Origin: Ruditapes philippinarum
Lineage: Eukaryota
NCBI RefSeq assembly: GCF_026571515.1
Contig: NW_026854510.1
Span: forward strand, 62,001 to 126,000
Length of the DNA: 64,000 nt
Reading direction: 5' to 3'
In this document: piece by piece, positions 13,567 through 26,250 of the stretch
Numbering within the stretch: position 1 is the first letter of the stretch
Layout of the letters: each line of letters begins with the position of its first letter
The notes under the pieces: model-generated
Database searches by the model: none
What the model saw: only the letters and a program-made list of their open reading frames with translations
What the model was told of the DNA's origin: nothing
Translations under genes and position numbers: made by a program

Positions 13567-14456
13567 ATTTGAGGCCTTCAAACTGTATGTGCAATCTTTG
13601 TAGAGGATGTTATAGTACCTGTGTATGATAGTTTATTAAGCGAACTGAACTATATTATACCCCCAGTAGATTAGTCACTTCAATAACCAGATTAACAGCA
13701 CGTGAAGAATTGTCACGTAAGTTAAATAGTCTGACCACAAAAATGAAAATGAATGATTAAGTATACAATACTTGTATAAAATGCTGCGTTTTAAAGGTAT
13801 ACACCTAGTATTCTTCCGACTTAAAATTCACGTGATGCGTAATAAACTACTTCAAAACCGAAGAATATTTTAAAACGAGGCAATAGTAACCGTTGTAATC
13901 ACAGACGTATGAATAATGAAATAATTCAGAATCAACAGTACCTTTAGTCCATTTAATGTGAATGTGATTTTTGTACGTAAATGTTGCTGTAAATAATATA
14001 ACATACCGTATTATATTACAGATTTGAAGAATATATGGCCTTTAAACATGAATGTTTCATAACATGATAGTACTTGCTTCGTTCATTAAAAAAAACATGT
14101 TAAAATTACATCAAAGTTAAAAAGGAAACGAACGGGCTACTTTTAAGCACTGGATTTGCATATTTCAAAATAAGAGAAATGTCGGAAATATGCGTGTTAT
14201 GCAATATCTTTAGCTTTTCTCAAAAAAAAAAATAAATTAATTCATGGCATATTTATGAATCATTTTGTTTTGTTCTGTTTTGATTCATTACATTGTTTTT
14301 GCATTATCATCGTAGTTATTATTTATTATCATTATAATTATCATTATAAGCATGCTTTATAAAGATTTTATGCAAACGTCCATGCAATCATTTTAGCATT
14401 TCGAAAAACTATGTTGGATCTGGACTTAAAATGACGTCGTAAGCCCATGGTTGGAT

Positions 14457-14869
14457 TTATACATGAGCCGCGTCACGACAAAACCAACATAGCGCGTTTG
14501 CGACCAGCAAGGATCCAGACCAGTCTGCGCATCCGCGCAGACTGATCAGGATCCATGCTGTTCGCTTCCCAACTCTATAACAAGTAGAGAAACTGATAGC
14601 GAACAGCATGGATCCTGATCAGACTGCGCGGATGCGCAGGCTGGTCTGGATCAACGCTGGTCGCAAACGCAGTACGCTGGTTTTGTCATGGCGCGGCTCA
14701 TATTTATTTAAGCTCGATTGCGAAACAATTTATTGCAACTTTTATTAATCACTTTCGAGCCCGCTTCCTGGAACCAACCAGTACCAGCTGGTGTCATATG
14801 AAGAAACATGGTCGTGACCCGATTAGGGTGGAGAGGCAGACACCTTAACTACTAGGCCACCACTCCCGT
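14457..14869 (-). mobile_element. tRNA-derived SINE interrupted by a MITE A copy
   Basis: Minus-strand head GGGAGTGGTGGCCTAGTAGTTAAGG (A box). 3' region GTACTGGTTGGTTCCAGGAA...ATCGAGCTTAAATAAAT is shared with the SINE at 28999-29205. 17-bp TSD TAAGCCCA(T/C)GGTTGGAT at 14440-14456 and 14870-14886. Confidence 0.8.
14465..14699. mobile_element. MITE family A, full length (235 bp)
   Basis: ~100-bp TIRs with GAGCC...GGCTC termini; flanks ACAT/ATAT. Confidence 0.93.
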
Positions 14870-16187
14870 TAAGCCCACGGTTGGATATTTTGCCATGAAT
14901 AACTGTCGACTTCATTTCGCTGGAGTTTTCTACATCTTAAAAAGTTGTATATATGAGTTCAATCTTTTTGCAAAAAGAGGTCTAAACCTTTAAAAGAATC
15001 TGTAGAGAGAAGGAGGACATGCTAGTGTCACCTGTTGTTGACCTATCAATATTTGTTCTGGTTTCCCGTGTCTGATACCTAGTCTTTGTTTCCCGCAATC
15101 AGCTGATTTTTATCATGTTGTATTTTATGATTAAAGTGGCGATCTTAAATTTACAACAACATAAATACAATAAACATTACAAATAAACATGACCCGGTTA
15201 AATTCAAGAGGTATACGTAATATACTCAAACTTTATTACACTTTAACCATATAATAGAAAGTTTTACATCCGCCATGATTTTGTTATAAAAGTGTCATAT
15301 GACACAATTAGATACCTCTTCTTCTTATCAAATAAAAGTCATTTTAATCTCTCAAACAGACTGTGGAGAAATAAGACATGGCACGGCATGGCACAAATGT
15401 GCTCCTGCTTTAATAATAAGGAATAGTACACAGTACTGAGAGCTTCATATCGTTATAGTAACCAATCAGTTAGTTCGCAAACATGTAACGGCTGGGGTCC
15501 GTTAAATGTTTGGGGTTGACTTTGAGGTCACTATATAATGCTATGAGGTGAAGTTCTGTGTGCTATTTTTATGCAGTATTATACCGCACTTTCCTTGAAC
15601 ATAATGGTAAAAGTTGGAAATCATATTGTTCTCATCACAAAAATTCTTGTAAAACGTAGACACTTGATTAAACAAAGAAGGAACATATTCATGTAAGGTA
15701 TAATAGTCCTTATTATCGGATTGCTGAAAAATGCTTAACCGTTGAGCAGATTTTACAAAGCTCGCGTCAAACACTTTGCTGCTTGCTATTTTTTTTTTAC
15801 AAAGAGGTTGTAGATTAAGGGACTCCACAGTTTTTCTTATTTGTTTGGGTCGTCAGACCAAACAAATAATGGTAGCAAAATTTCAGACCCTGATGTTCTT
15901 ATTTGCAAATGCCGAAAGTAGTCCAAACTCCTCGAAGCGGTTACTTCCCTTCATATGTAAATTAACGCCGAAAAATTAAGGGGAGATCACTGCGAAAAGA
16001 TTGTCAAATGACAGGCGCATTAATTTTCCTAAAGAAACAATAGTTCCCGATTGGTCGAAGATTTCTAATATTGTGTTATTCTTATAGATATACATGCTTA
16101 TATTAAGCTTCATGATTATTTACTTCAGGTTTATCGTGAACAAAATATATCGAAATTAATGGTATTTTTCAGGCTGTTATCTTATAA

Positions 16188-16260
16188 ATCCCCATGGTCG
16201 AGGGGTTTACACGTTCGCTTTGGAAGCAGGAGACTTGGAGTTCAAATCCCAGTTCAGGCA
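16188..16260 (+). pseudogene. tRNA-like (Pol III box) fragment; SINE head or tRNA pseudogene
   Basis: A-box-like TGGTCGAGGGG and B-box GTTCAAATCC at tRNA spacing, but the acceptor stem does not pair. Followed by T-runs. Confidence 0.45.
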
Positions 16261-16313
16261 ATTTATGGGTTTTTTTTGTTTTTTTTTTTTCTTTTTTTTT
16301 TTAATTGTTTAAG

Positions 16314-16410
16314 AACAGAACAGAACAGAACAGAACAGAACAGAACAGAACAGATACTTTATTAAGATTTGTACATAGTACATCATCTATAATACAATAT
16401 TTTTACAAGC
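16314..16410 (-). mobile_element. 5'-truncated non-LTR retroelement 3' end with (GTTCT)n tail
   Basis: On the minus strand AATAAAGTATCT is followed by about eight GTTCT units. 10-bp TSD ATTGTTTAAG at 16304-16313 and 16411-16420. Confidence 0.65.
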
Positions 16411-18651
16411 ATTGTTTAAGCCAAATAAACATTGAATTGAATATCAGTATTTAATTAGTCTTATAGCCAATTAACTATAGTTATAACAATGGAAACAGCA
16501 TTGGTGACACTATACAAACAAATTGGTTTATAATCTCACAACCTTCACCTTTCTGACATTCTGAGACCCAGACAAATTCAGCGCCTTCTGTGCTTTGATT
16601 TGACATGTTGGGACTGGAAATAATTCCATTTAGAATAAGTTAATGTCAATGACAAAAGTGCATAATTTCATATTAAACGAAAGCTATATTAGTGATTTGA
16701 CACCACTTATATTTTAACCAGGGTTTATATGATTATGTCAGGTAACAGTTATGATACTTTGTTGCTTATCATTATTACAATTAGCACCAACAACAATAAC
16801 AACAAAATAATATATAACAATAGGAATATGTTATATAATATGTTACAATTGTAAATATAATAAGATTTAATTTTAATCTTCATGTATATACATTTATAAT
16901 TGACAGAATTTTGCTCCATACTCTTAAATACTAGGTAACATTGCGCAATTTTTCTTCAGGCTTCTTTATATGGCGATTATTTCTTAATATAGTAAATTTA
17001 AAATATACACAAACAGATCTGACATTGGAAGGTTAACAGTTTTTTAGGGATATATGAAATGCAATTTGAAGGTTAGTTTCCCTTTTTTATCTTTAAATGT
17101 TTGTGATATTATTATTGTTAATATTTGAACAGTATATATACATATAACAATGTCATGTCACTCCCATGTGCTACATGCAAATCTTATCATAACATCTCTT
17201 AAATTTTGTAAAAAAGCGTAATAAATAAAAGTAAAAAACAACGTTTTATTGTTGCATATTGGAGGCGGATAAACACTTCAAACGATTTATTACATGTGAT
17301 TAATAATAATATAACTATCAAAATAGTATTCCATTAAAGGACCAATAACTCAACGCGACACTTGAACGCATATTCTCGTAACTATCTACGTTACAAGATA
17401 TATGTATGATTTCATGATAAAAAATATCTGTTTTATTCATTTACGAAAAAAAATCTAGATTTCTTTTTAGTTGTATTTTGTATTACGTAAACTTATAAGC
17501 ACTATTTCGCGTAGGAATTCCATCACGTGATACACATTGAACTAGGCTTGAAGTGTTAAACTATATCATGACCATGATATGTACACGGGTTTCATTATTT
17601 GAATTCGTTTCTGCACATTTGGATTGCATTTGTATGAAATGTGTTCAAAATAGCAGAAATGTTATAAATGACGATAATTTGTTGTACAATACATCACTCT
17701 TAATGTTGTCTTTAATAAATATTCAATTTCTTGATTAACTAAAATATTATTTTGTGCAAAAATATAACATAGACAGGCCTCAAACGAAAAATGACCTTTG
17801 GTGAATGATAACTATTTTCAAACGATTGATAGGTCGAGTTTGTGGGTGTTACAGTTGAATTTATCAACAAAAAAGACTATTATAAAGTTTATTTTGAACT
17901 CTGACATTTTAAGTTACAGATACATCTACACATTGCGCTCAATCTTTACCTGTAGATTATTAACACATATTATGTTTGCATAAAAACTGCACGTAAAGGT
18001 GTGCACTAACGGAGAAGAAAACATGCCATTCAGGATAAAATCAAGCGGACATGCACTGTTCTCGCATGTCTTTAATATGCTTGTCTAAAATAGTTAATTG
18101 CAATGACGGTCACGGTATTTTTATCATCAAAATGCAGTTTGAAACACAAATTAGAAGTACATACGGAATATTATGTTGTAGTAGCTTTCTGAGGCTATGT
18201 ATTTTTCTACGAGCAGCGGTGGAAAATTGATATCTCGCCAGACCGAATGTAATTTCCATCATTGTTACCCGAAGGAAACGAATAATGTTTTTGAAACTTA
18301 ATGTGTTGACCTGTGATGTCTGCACAGCTTACATGTTTTGTTTGAATTAAAACAATTAGAAACAATAGTTCGAAATAATTCATGTATGAAAGAATTACAA
18401 ATGTTTGTATATTTCTTTTTGATAGAATGTACGAACTTATTGCTAAATGGTTAAAGAAAAAATGAAAGGGTTTTGAGCATTAGAATTAAAAGCATTTCTA
18501 AAGAAAGCAGTATCGATCTATTTATTTTTTGTCTACGTATACCGTTTTCATGTTTGTTAGTTCGAGTACCGAGAAACAAGATAATTATAACGTTTTGAAT
18601 TTAATAAAAATATTTCATTACATATAGCTTTTATTTTATTATATACTTTAA

Positions 18652-18665
18652 ATTGCCATGGTTAT
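18652..18665. promoter_or_regulatory. RFX X-box-like motif upstream of Tctex1-domain gene A
   Basis: ATTGCCATGGTTAT is a 12/14 match to GTTGCCATGGTTAC and lies ~110 bp before the first coding ATG of a ciliary-type gene. Confidence 0.3.
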
Positions 18666-18774
18666 TGCGACATCCACATTAGTGCTATGACTCGTATCAT
18701 TTATATTATGTGATGCTGTATAAGGTTATTTTCATGTTGTATATCTGTAATGTCTTGCAGAACTTGCCTCAACA

Positions 18775-21593
18775 ATGTCCGGTACAGTGTCGTCTGATAA
18801 ACAAGCAAAGGTAAGTGTATTTGAGCCACGTCACGACAAAACCAACATAGTGGGTTTGCGACCAGCATGGATCCAGACCAGCCTGCGCATCCGCGCAGTC
18901 TGATCCGGATTCATGTTGTTTGCTTTCAGTTTCTCTACTTGTAATAAGGTTTGTAAGCGAACAGCATGGGTCCTGATCAGACTGCGCGGATGCGCAGGCT
19001 GGTCTGAATCCATGCTGGTCGCAAACCCACTATGTTGGTTTTGTCGTGACGCGGCTCATTCGTTACATCAGTATAACTTCAAACAATATCGCTTATTGGC
19101 GTCCGCGCCGAAGCGCGGAGCCCTCATGGAATGAAATCAGATTTTGTGAAAGGGCGACAGCAACTTCTCGAGCCTTTTAGTCGGTCATAATAAAAGCCGA
19201 TCATTCCGATCGGTATGAGGGTGCTTGATTATTAATTAAGAATGAAATGTCGCGATATGTTACAATGAATAGCGAACTGGAGAATTTCGCAATGCAAACA
19301 TTTTCAAATGAAATAACCTTTTCCGTCAATAAATCGCGCTCTTCGGGGTTTTTTATTTATTATTTTGTAGTACACAGTGTGTTATCATGGTATGTTATTG
19401 TTGTACATGTCAGTTGATGACCTAAATATTCCGAAAATCTATTTTTAGATATATCTATTTATCACTCCTATCGGTAATTCCCGGTCTCTCCCGGTCTATT
19501 TTGACCACCGGCGAATAGTACCACACGTTTATTGTCCGGTCTCTCCCGGTTTTGGAGTAGATGTTTGATATCGTTACAATTAAAAAAAAAACAACAATAG
19601 CATGTTTCATTTTATCTAACAATAAATATGTACAATAATTGAGAAAAGGGTACATTTTTATGGTATGAATGTGACATTATCAGCTTTGAAATTTTTTATT
19701 TAATTTGTTATCCGTGTTTAGTAAAGATGCCGAGGAATTATTCGAAGTTACAAATTAGATTTTATGAATTATTCAATTGATTGATAATTAAAAAATGATA
19801 AAGAAAAATACAAATGTACATGTACATGGTTTAAGAATAAACAATGTTATTTATTGAAAGATAAACCATAATTTACTGACTTTTTCCAGTTAAGTTTTGA
19901 CTTATAATCGTCGGTCAATATGTCAATTGAATTCTTAAAATTTATTTTACAATTTTAATAAAAGAAGAGTAGTAACAACTCAGTATTAAAATACAAAAAA
20001 GAAAAGAAAACAATATTCATAAAATTTGTATTTTTTTTATTAAAATTAATAGATATTACAATTATTGTATAATAAACAATTATGCTCAACATTATCAACA
20101 TGGTAATATAACCAGTGTCATATTTTTACTAAGTGTGAACAGATACCTTAAGAGGGGGTCTTCGCTAATAGCGATAACATAATAAGGGACAATTACAAAG
20201 GTGTGGTACGTGTTGATCATGATCATGCGTTACACATATGGATTATAAATGATTGTATACATGTATATCCGTTGCTATAAATAACCACGATCATAAAGAA
20301 ATAACAAGTAATATTCTAATCTCTAGCATGCCAATCAAAGTTCATAATGAACAATGTCTTCCGTCCGCTCATTCATAAGTGATCTACATTTCTGGTAGTT
20401 TATAAGAATATCTTGTCATCATATGTCTACTAGTTCATCTTCACTTGCTGCATTTCTTGCTTGGACGCCCTTTGATGTTTTGCATCAATGCTTTTCTTGT
20501 ATAACCACTGGTCCATGTTGAATGCAATAAGTATACACATGTACGAATGGTTAACAGAAAATGATTCAAAGATGAAGATAGTTTAAAAAGAGCAATATCA
20601 GACAGCCATGGCTTTCCATAATCATCACTTGACTGAAATTGTTGGTTTCGTCAGTACAGTTTATACCGCGAGTTGTAAATAATAGTTATATTGTTATAAA
20701 AAAAGTGGAAAGTTAATGAGATGTTTTTATTCTAGTTAAATAGACACAGGAATTGTTGAATGTATATGTAGGTATGAGTTTATGTATGTAACGTATGCAT
20801 GTATTACACAAGAATGTTTATATTTTCGTTATAGGTTAACACGGATAAATGTCGACCAAGAACCTGTCCAGATATCAATATGTTAAAACACTACAAACAA
20901 TCTTTGTCAAGTGTGGACAATATACATGTATATGATGTATCAACCGGTTCACTAACACAGTTATCACAGTCTAACGACGTAAAGGATAATTCGAAAAATG
21001 TATGTCCTTTGGAAAACACTAACATAGAAATATCCAACACTATTGTGAAGACAGTTCCAAACATGTTGTCTGAAAACCAAGCACGTATAACATCATGTTC
21101 ATCCTATTTTGGTAGTAAAACTGCAATGGATAAGACAATCAGTATGCAGGATGATGTAACAGGAATCACTGGATTATTCAGACTCCGTGAATTATCCATG
21201 GACACCCCGGAACCGGTTAAACAACCTACAGTCAATTATGAAAACACATATAAAATTGAACCAGATTCAGGAAAACATTTTGCCATTTCTAACATTGAAC
21301 AGATTGCTTTAGACATCTTGCGGACCGAAATAGGTGATACCAAATACGATAATATACGGGCAGGACATCTAACTAGAATTGTCACAGAAAAGATCAAATA
21401 TAAAGTGAAAGAACTGAACCAGACGCGATACAGAATCGTATGTCAAGTTTTGCTTACAGAGGTGTGCGCGCAAGGACTGCAGACAGCCAGTAGGTGTCTT
21501 TGGGAACAGAGTACCGACAACTACAACACTGCAACATACCAAAACCAAACAATCAGTGCAACCGTAATGATTTTTGGAATCTATTTGGATTAG
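18775..21593 (+). CDS. TCTEX1D-like: Tctex1-domain dynein light chain (TCTEX1D/DYNLT5-type), gene A, 2 coding exons (18775-18810, 20835-21593), 264 aa
   Basis: Exon 1 MSGTVSSDKQAK|GTAAGT; acceptor TTATAG|GTT is in frame with the 20880 ORF. C-terminal Tctex-1 domain YENTYKIEP...RYRIVCQV...GLQTASRCLWEQSTDNY...IFGIYLD. Confidence 0.92.
18823..19057. mobile_element. MITE family A in intron of Tctex1 gene A
   Basis: Same TIRs as other copies; flanks ATTT/ATTC; starts 12 nt after the splice donor at 18811. Confidence 0.93.
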
Positions 21594-22269
21594 TTAAATC
21601 GTGTCTTTCATACACAGATTCATACATTCACACAGGCGCATGTAAAAGACATACATATATAACACATCGATGTTCCCCCAAGGAAATGAAATTTAGAAAT
21701 AACACGATTTACGTTGTTTACGATCACTATACGATATTGTATATACTGGCGACGGAAATGGTTACTTTGACAATAAAATTATATTACATTTTATACAATT
21801 TGTACATGTTTATAGCAATATAGAAATAAACTATCATAATACATGTATGTTTCATGTTAACGGCGGTATATTTGTTTTTATTTTATCAATCCAATTACAT
21901 CAGTGAAATATATATATTCTTAGCCATAAGTGTCGTGGTACAGAACTATTAACAGTTTGTTTTAAGTATAAGTCTCTTTAAATTCACGAAATGAAATAAA
22001 AGCACTGTTTGTATGAAAATTAATAAATACGAGTACTTACATAAAACATGAAATGGAAATACATTCTTATTTTGCTTGTCATGTAAATTTTTTATTGCAA
22101 ACTTACTCGAGATGTTTAAGCCGGATCTACCAGGTAGCTTGATTGGCCGTATTCAAATTTATCAGTGTAACTTGTATAAAGTACCTACCGCATTTTATAT
22201 AATTTAGTAAGGTATAAATTATATCATATAGTTAAATATATCCTAATATGATTATTCCTTATTTGCCTC

Positions 22270-23800
22270 TCATAGCATGTACATATACTGAAGAATTTAG
22301 TTCATGCTAGGAACATGAGGTTATGTATACTGTATAGTTTAGATTATGCTAAACATAAGGTTACAAATGTTATAGAGTTTAGTTTCACGCTAGGAATATA
22401 TGGTTACATATACTGTCAGGTTAAGTTCATGCTAGAAACATGCCGTTACATATACTACAGAATTTAGTTCATGCTTGGAACATGCAGTTATTTAAACTGT
22501 AGAGTTGAGTTCTTGCTACAGGCATGCGGTTACATATACTGCAGAGTTGAGTTCATGCTAGGAACATGCGGTTACAAATACTATAGAGTTGAGTTCTTGC
22601 TAGGGACATGCGGTTACTTAAACTGCAAGGTTGAGTTCATGCTAGGGACATGTGGTTACATATACTGCAGAGTTGAGTTCATGCTAGGGGTATGCGGTTA
22701 CATATACTGCAGAGTTGAGTTCTTGCAAAGGACATGCGGTTACATATACTGCATACTTTAGTTCATGCTAGGGACATGCGGTTACATATACTGCAGAGTT
22801 GAGTTCATGCTAGGGACATGCGGTTACATATACTGCAGAGTTGAGTTCATGCTAGGGACATGCGGTTACATATACTGCAGAGTTGAGTTCATGCTAGGGA
22901 CATGTGGTTACATATACTGCAGAGTTGAGTTCATGCTAGGGGTATGCGGTTACATACACTGCAGAGTTGAGTTCTTGCAAAGGACATGCGGTTACATATA
23001 CTGCAGACTTGAGTTCATGCTAGGGACATGCGGTTACATAAATGCAGAGTTTGAGTTCATGCTAGAGACATGCGGTTACATATACTGCAGAGTTGAGTTC
23101 ATGCTAGGGATATGCGGTTACATATACTGCAGAGTTGAGTTCATGCTAGGGACATACGGTTACATATACTGCAGAGTTGAGTTCATGCTAGGGGTATGCG
23201 GTTACATATACTGCAGAGTTGAGTTCATGCTAGGGATATGCGGTTACATATACTGCAGAGTTGAGTTCATGCTAGGGATATGCGGTTACATATACTGCAG
23301 AGTTGAGTTCATGCTAGGGACATGCGGTTACATATACTGCAGAGTTGAGTTCATGCTAGGGGTATGCGGTTACATATACTGCAGAGTTGAGTTCATGCTA
23401 GGGACATGCGGTTACATATACTGCAGAGTTGAGTTCATGCTAGGGGTATGCAGTTACATATACTACAGAGTTGAGTTCATGCTAGGAACATGCGGTTACT
23501 TAAACTGCAAGGTTGAGTTCATGCTAGGGACATGCGGTTACATATACTGCAGGGTTGAGTTCATACTAGGGGTATGCAGTTACAGATACTGCAGAGTTGA
23601 GTTCATGCTAGGGGTATGCAGTTACAGATACTGCAGAGTTGAGTTCATGCTAGGGACATACGGTTACATATACTTTAGAGATTAGTTCATGCTTGGAACA
23701 TGCGGTCCGATATACTGTAGAGTTAAGTTCATGCTAAGATTATGCTGTACCATATACTGTAAAGTTATGTTCATGCTAGGAACATGCGAATACATAAACT
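22270..23800. repeat. 42-bp minisatellite, about 36 copies
   Basis: Unit AGAGTTGAGTTCATGCTAGGGACATGCGGTTACATATACTGC; homogeneous centre, degenerate edges. Confidence 0.95.
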
Positions 23801-24659
23801 GTAATTGAAATATGCGGTGATTAATCAGAATAGTTATATACATGTACATAGTAGGATCAAATCTCCCGGTTGTATAGTCCGGCGAAAATAGGATACTGCA
23901 AGAGTTATAAAAACTAAACAAATACTAAAGTTGTTTAGAAGATCCGTGCAAATTTGCCGCTACAACAATTCAATTAAAATTAGCAAGTTATTTTATTCTT
24001 GTTACAACAAAATCAGGATTAGATTGCGATTTGCTGGTGAACTTTACACTTTTTGTTGTTACTCCATCGGTAGATAAATAAATATTTTAACTAAGAAGTA
24101 TTAAAGCAGTTTAACAATTTAATACCTTGTGTATATTCAATGGTCATCTCTTTGTCCACTAGGTAATAAATAAAAACAGGGGTCAGCTTTAAGCGTTATA
24201 TGAGAGTCTTATATATCTTAATTCATGCTTGAGTGAAAATATAGTGGTATAAAAAAACGTTTAAGATTTAAATCTTCTAATCCGAAGATTTTATGAACAA
24301 TAGCAACCTGTGTTTATATTGGAGATTATAATTTTAATAAGTAAGTAGTGTTTAAAAATCTCAGTATTTATTTAAACTTTTGATTTATTTCAATCATTCA
24401 GTTGTTTTGAGCTCATTTAATTTATTTCAACAAAGTTTTAATTATCAAAAGGAGACATCTATTTTGAATATTCATTTCTTATTAAAGGTAAGTTAAAATA
24501 TTTTTTCTCAAAATGTTACTAGGGTAAAGCTATTTTTTGTTTATACCTCCCAGAAAAAAAAGAACAATGAAGATCGTTTGAGTAATATTTATTTTCAAAG
24601 TGCTTGATGAAATATATAAAATGTATTACACAATATATACATTACATATTTGCAATGCA

Positions 24660-25082
24660 TACACATACAAAGTTCTGTTTAAGATACAAATTGGAGATAA
24701 AAAAACCACCTATACAATTAACATAAAGTTTCTGTAAAACATAAAAATAGGAGATAAGTATATCTCTCTCTCATATATTGATAGGAGGTAGGAACTCCTA
24801 TATAATATGCATACATGTAGTAAATTTCTGTATAAGAAACAAGAATAGGAGAAAAGTACAGTGTCTGTATAACATAAAATAGCCGATAAGTACACCAGTC
24901 CTATGTTGCATGTAATATTTCCGTATATACATAAAACATATAAAGTTTCTGTATAAGATTTAATATAGGGGATAAGTACACTTGTTTATATTATACATAT
25001 AAAGTATATATATAACTTATAAAGAAGATAAGTACACCTATACAATATACATATAAAGTTTCTGTATAAGATCAAATAGGCA
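24660..25082. repeat. Degenerate ~55-70-bp tandem repeat
   Basis: Recurring ATAAAGTTTCTGTATAAGA...ATAGGAGATAAGTACACC blocks. Confidence 0.6.
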
Positions 25083-25254
25083 TTAAACTTCAAAATAAGA
25101 AACTTTGTTGATAAGAAAGTTCATTATCTTGTAGAGAATAGTAACATAAAATGTAGAATAACAAACATATCAATTAATAATAAGTGATAAAATGTAGAAT
25201 AACAAACATATCAATTAATAATAAGTGAATTGTTAGTACTGAATAATAAATAAG

Positions 25255-25510
25255 TGGTTAGTAACATGTTTTTATGCTGAGTAACTTATTCGTGCTGAGT
25301 TACATATAAGTGAAGTGCTGAACATCTTATTAGTGCTGAGTAACATATTTCTAAGTAACATAATTATTGGTACTGACTTATAAGTGCTGAGTAGTTTATA
25401 AGTGCAGAGCAACATTTTAGTGCTGAGTAACATATAAGTGCTGAGCAACATATATAAGTGTTGTGAAGCATTTTAGTGATGAGCAACATATTAGTGCTGA
25501 GTAACATATA
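25255..25510. repeat. ~21-bp minisatellite
   Basis: Recurring AGTGCTGAGTAACATAT(A)A units; a two-copy ~42-bp direct duplication lies just upstream at 25146-25228. Confidence 0.75.
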
Positions 25511-26250
25511 AATAATGACTAACATAGAAGTGTGTGATTGAAAGGCAAGAATTGTGTAAAATATAAGTGACATACGAGTATATGTACTGTAAAACGTATA
25601 AGTGTTGTACATGACAAAGTAGATGTTATACGCTCTCATCTCTGGGATGAATTGTCTCCCCTAACGTTTAACGAATTAAAGTTATAGGAAAATCAGATCC
25701 TTGATACTTACGCCAGTAACACGGTGTGTTTATGTTGCTATATTTTGATCTCGACTTGATTATAATGTATAAAAATGATACAATATTCATTGATCAACAC
25801 AATTTATGATTTGACATGTTTTGCTTTATTTCGCTTTTTCAGTTCCTAGATAACTCAACATGGTATTTAAAATTCAAACACAAACATACATGTATGAATA
25901 CATTCGTGTATTAAATTATATCCAAATCAATTTCTAGTATCTTTATGGGATTGAGTAAGACGTTGACAATGTGGAATACAGATATATTTATTAACTATTG
26001 ACAATGATATAGATAGTGTCTGGACTGCCTATATAAAATACAAGGACACTTATATCATAAAATGTTTTGATATGCATGTAAGCTAATCGTACGAGGCAGT
26101 CATTACAAAATAACAATCTAGGTCACATGTTTCATTACTGTAGATATCTAGTGAACTATGAACGCGTACAAGTTGTGCACTTTTATATATATTTGTATAT
26201 AATGTAAACGTTTATATATACATTTCTTTAATTCAGATACCAGAGAAACA

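Noticed and set aside
22471-23685. Cys/Tyr-rich ORFs as a real gene, or the array as a CRISPR
   Set aside because: Head-to-tail 42-bp units with no unique spacers and no cas genes, in a eukaryotic context. The ORF follows from a stop-free unit whose length is a multiple of three.
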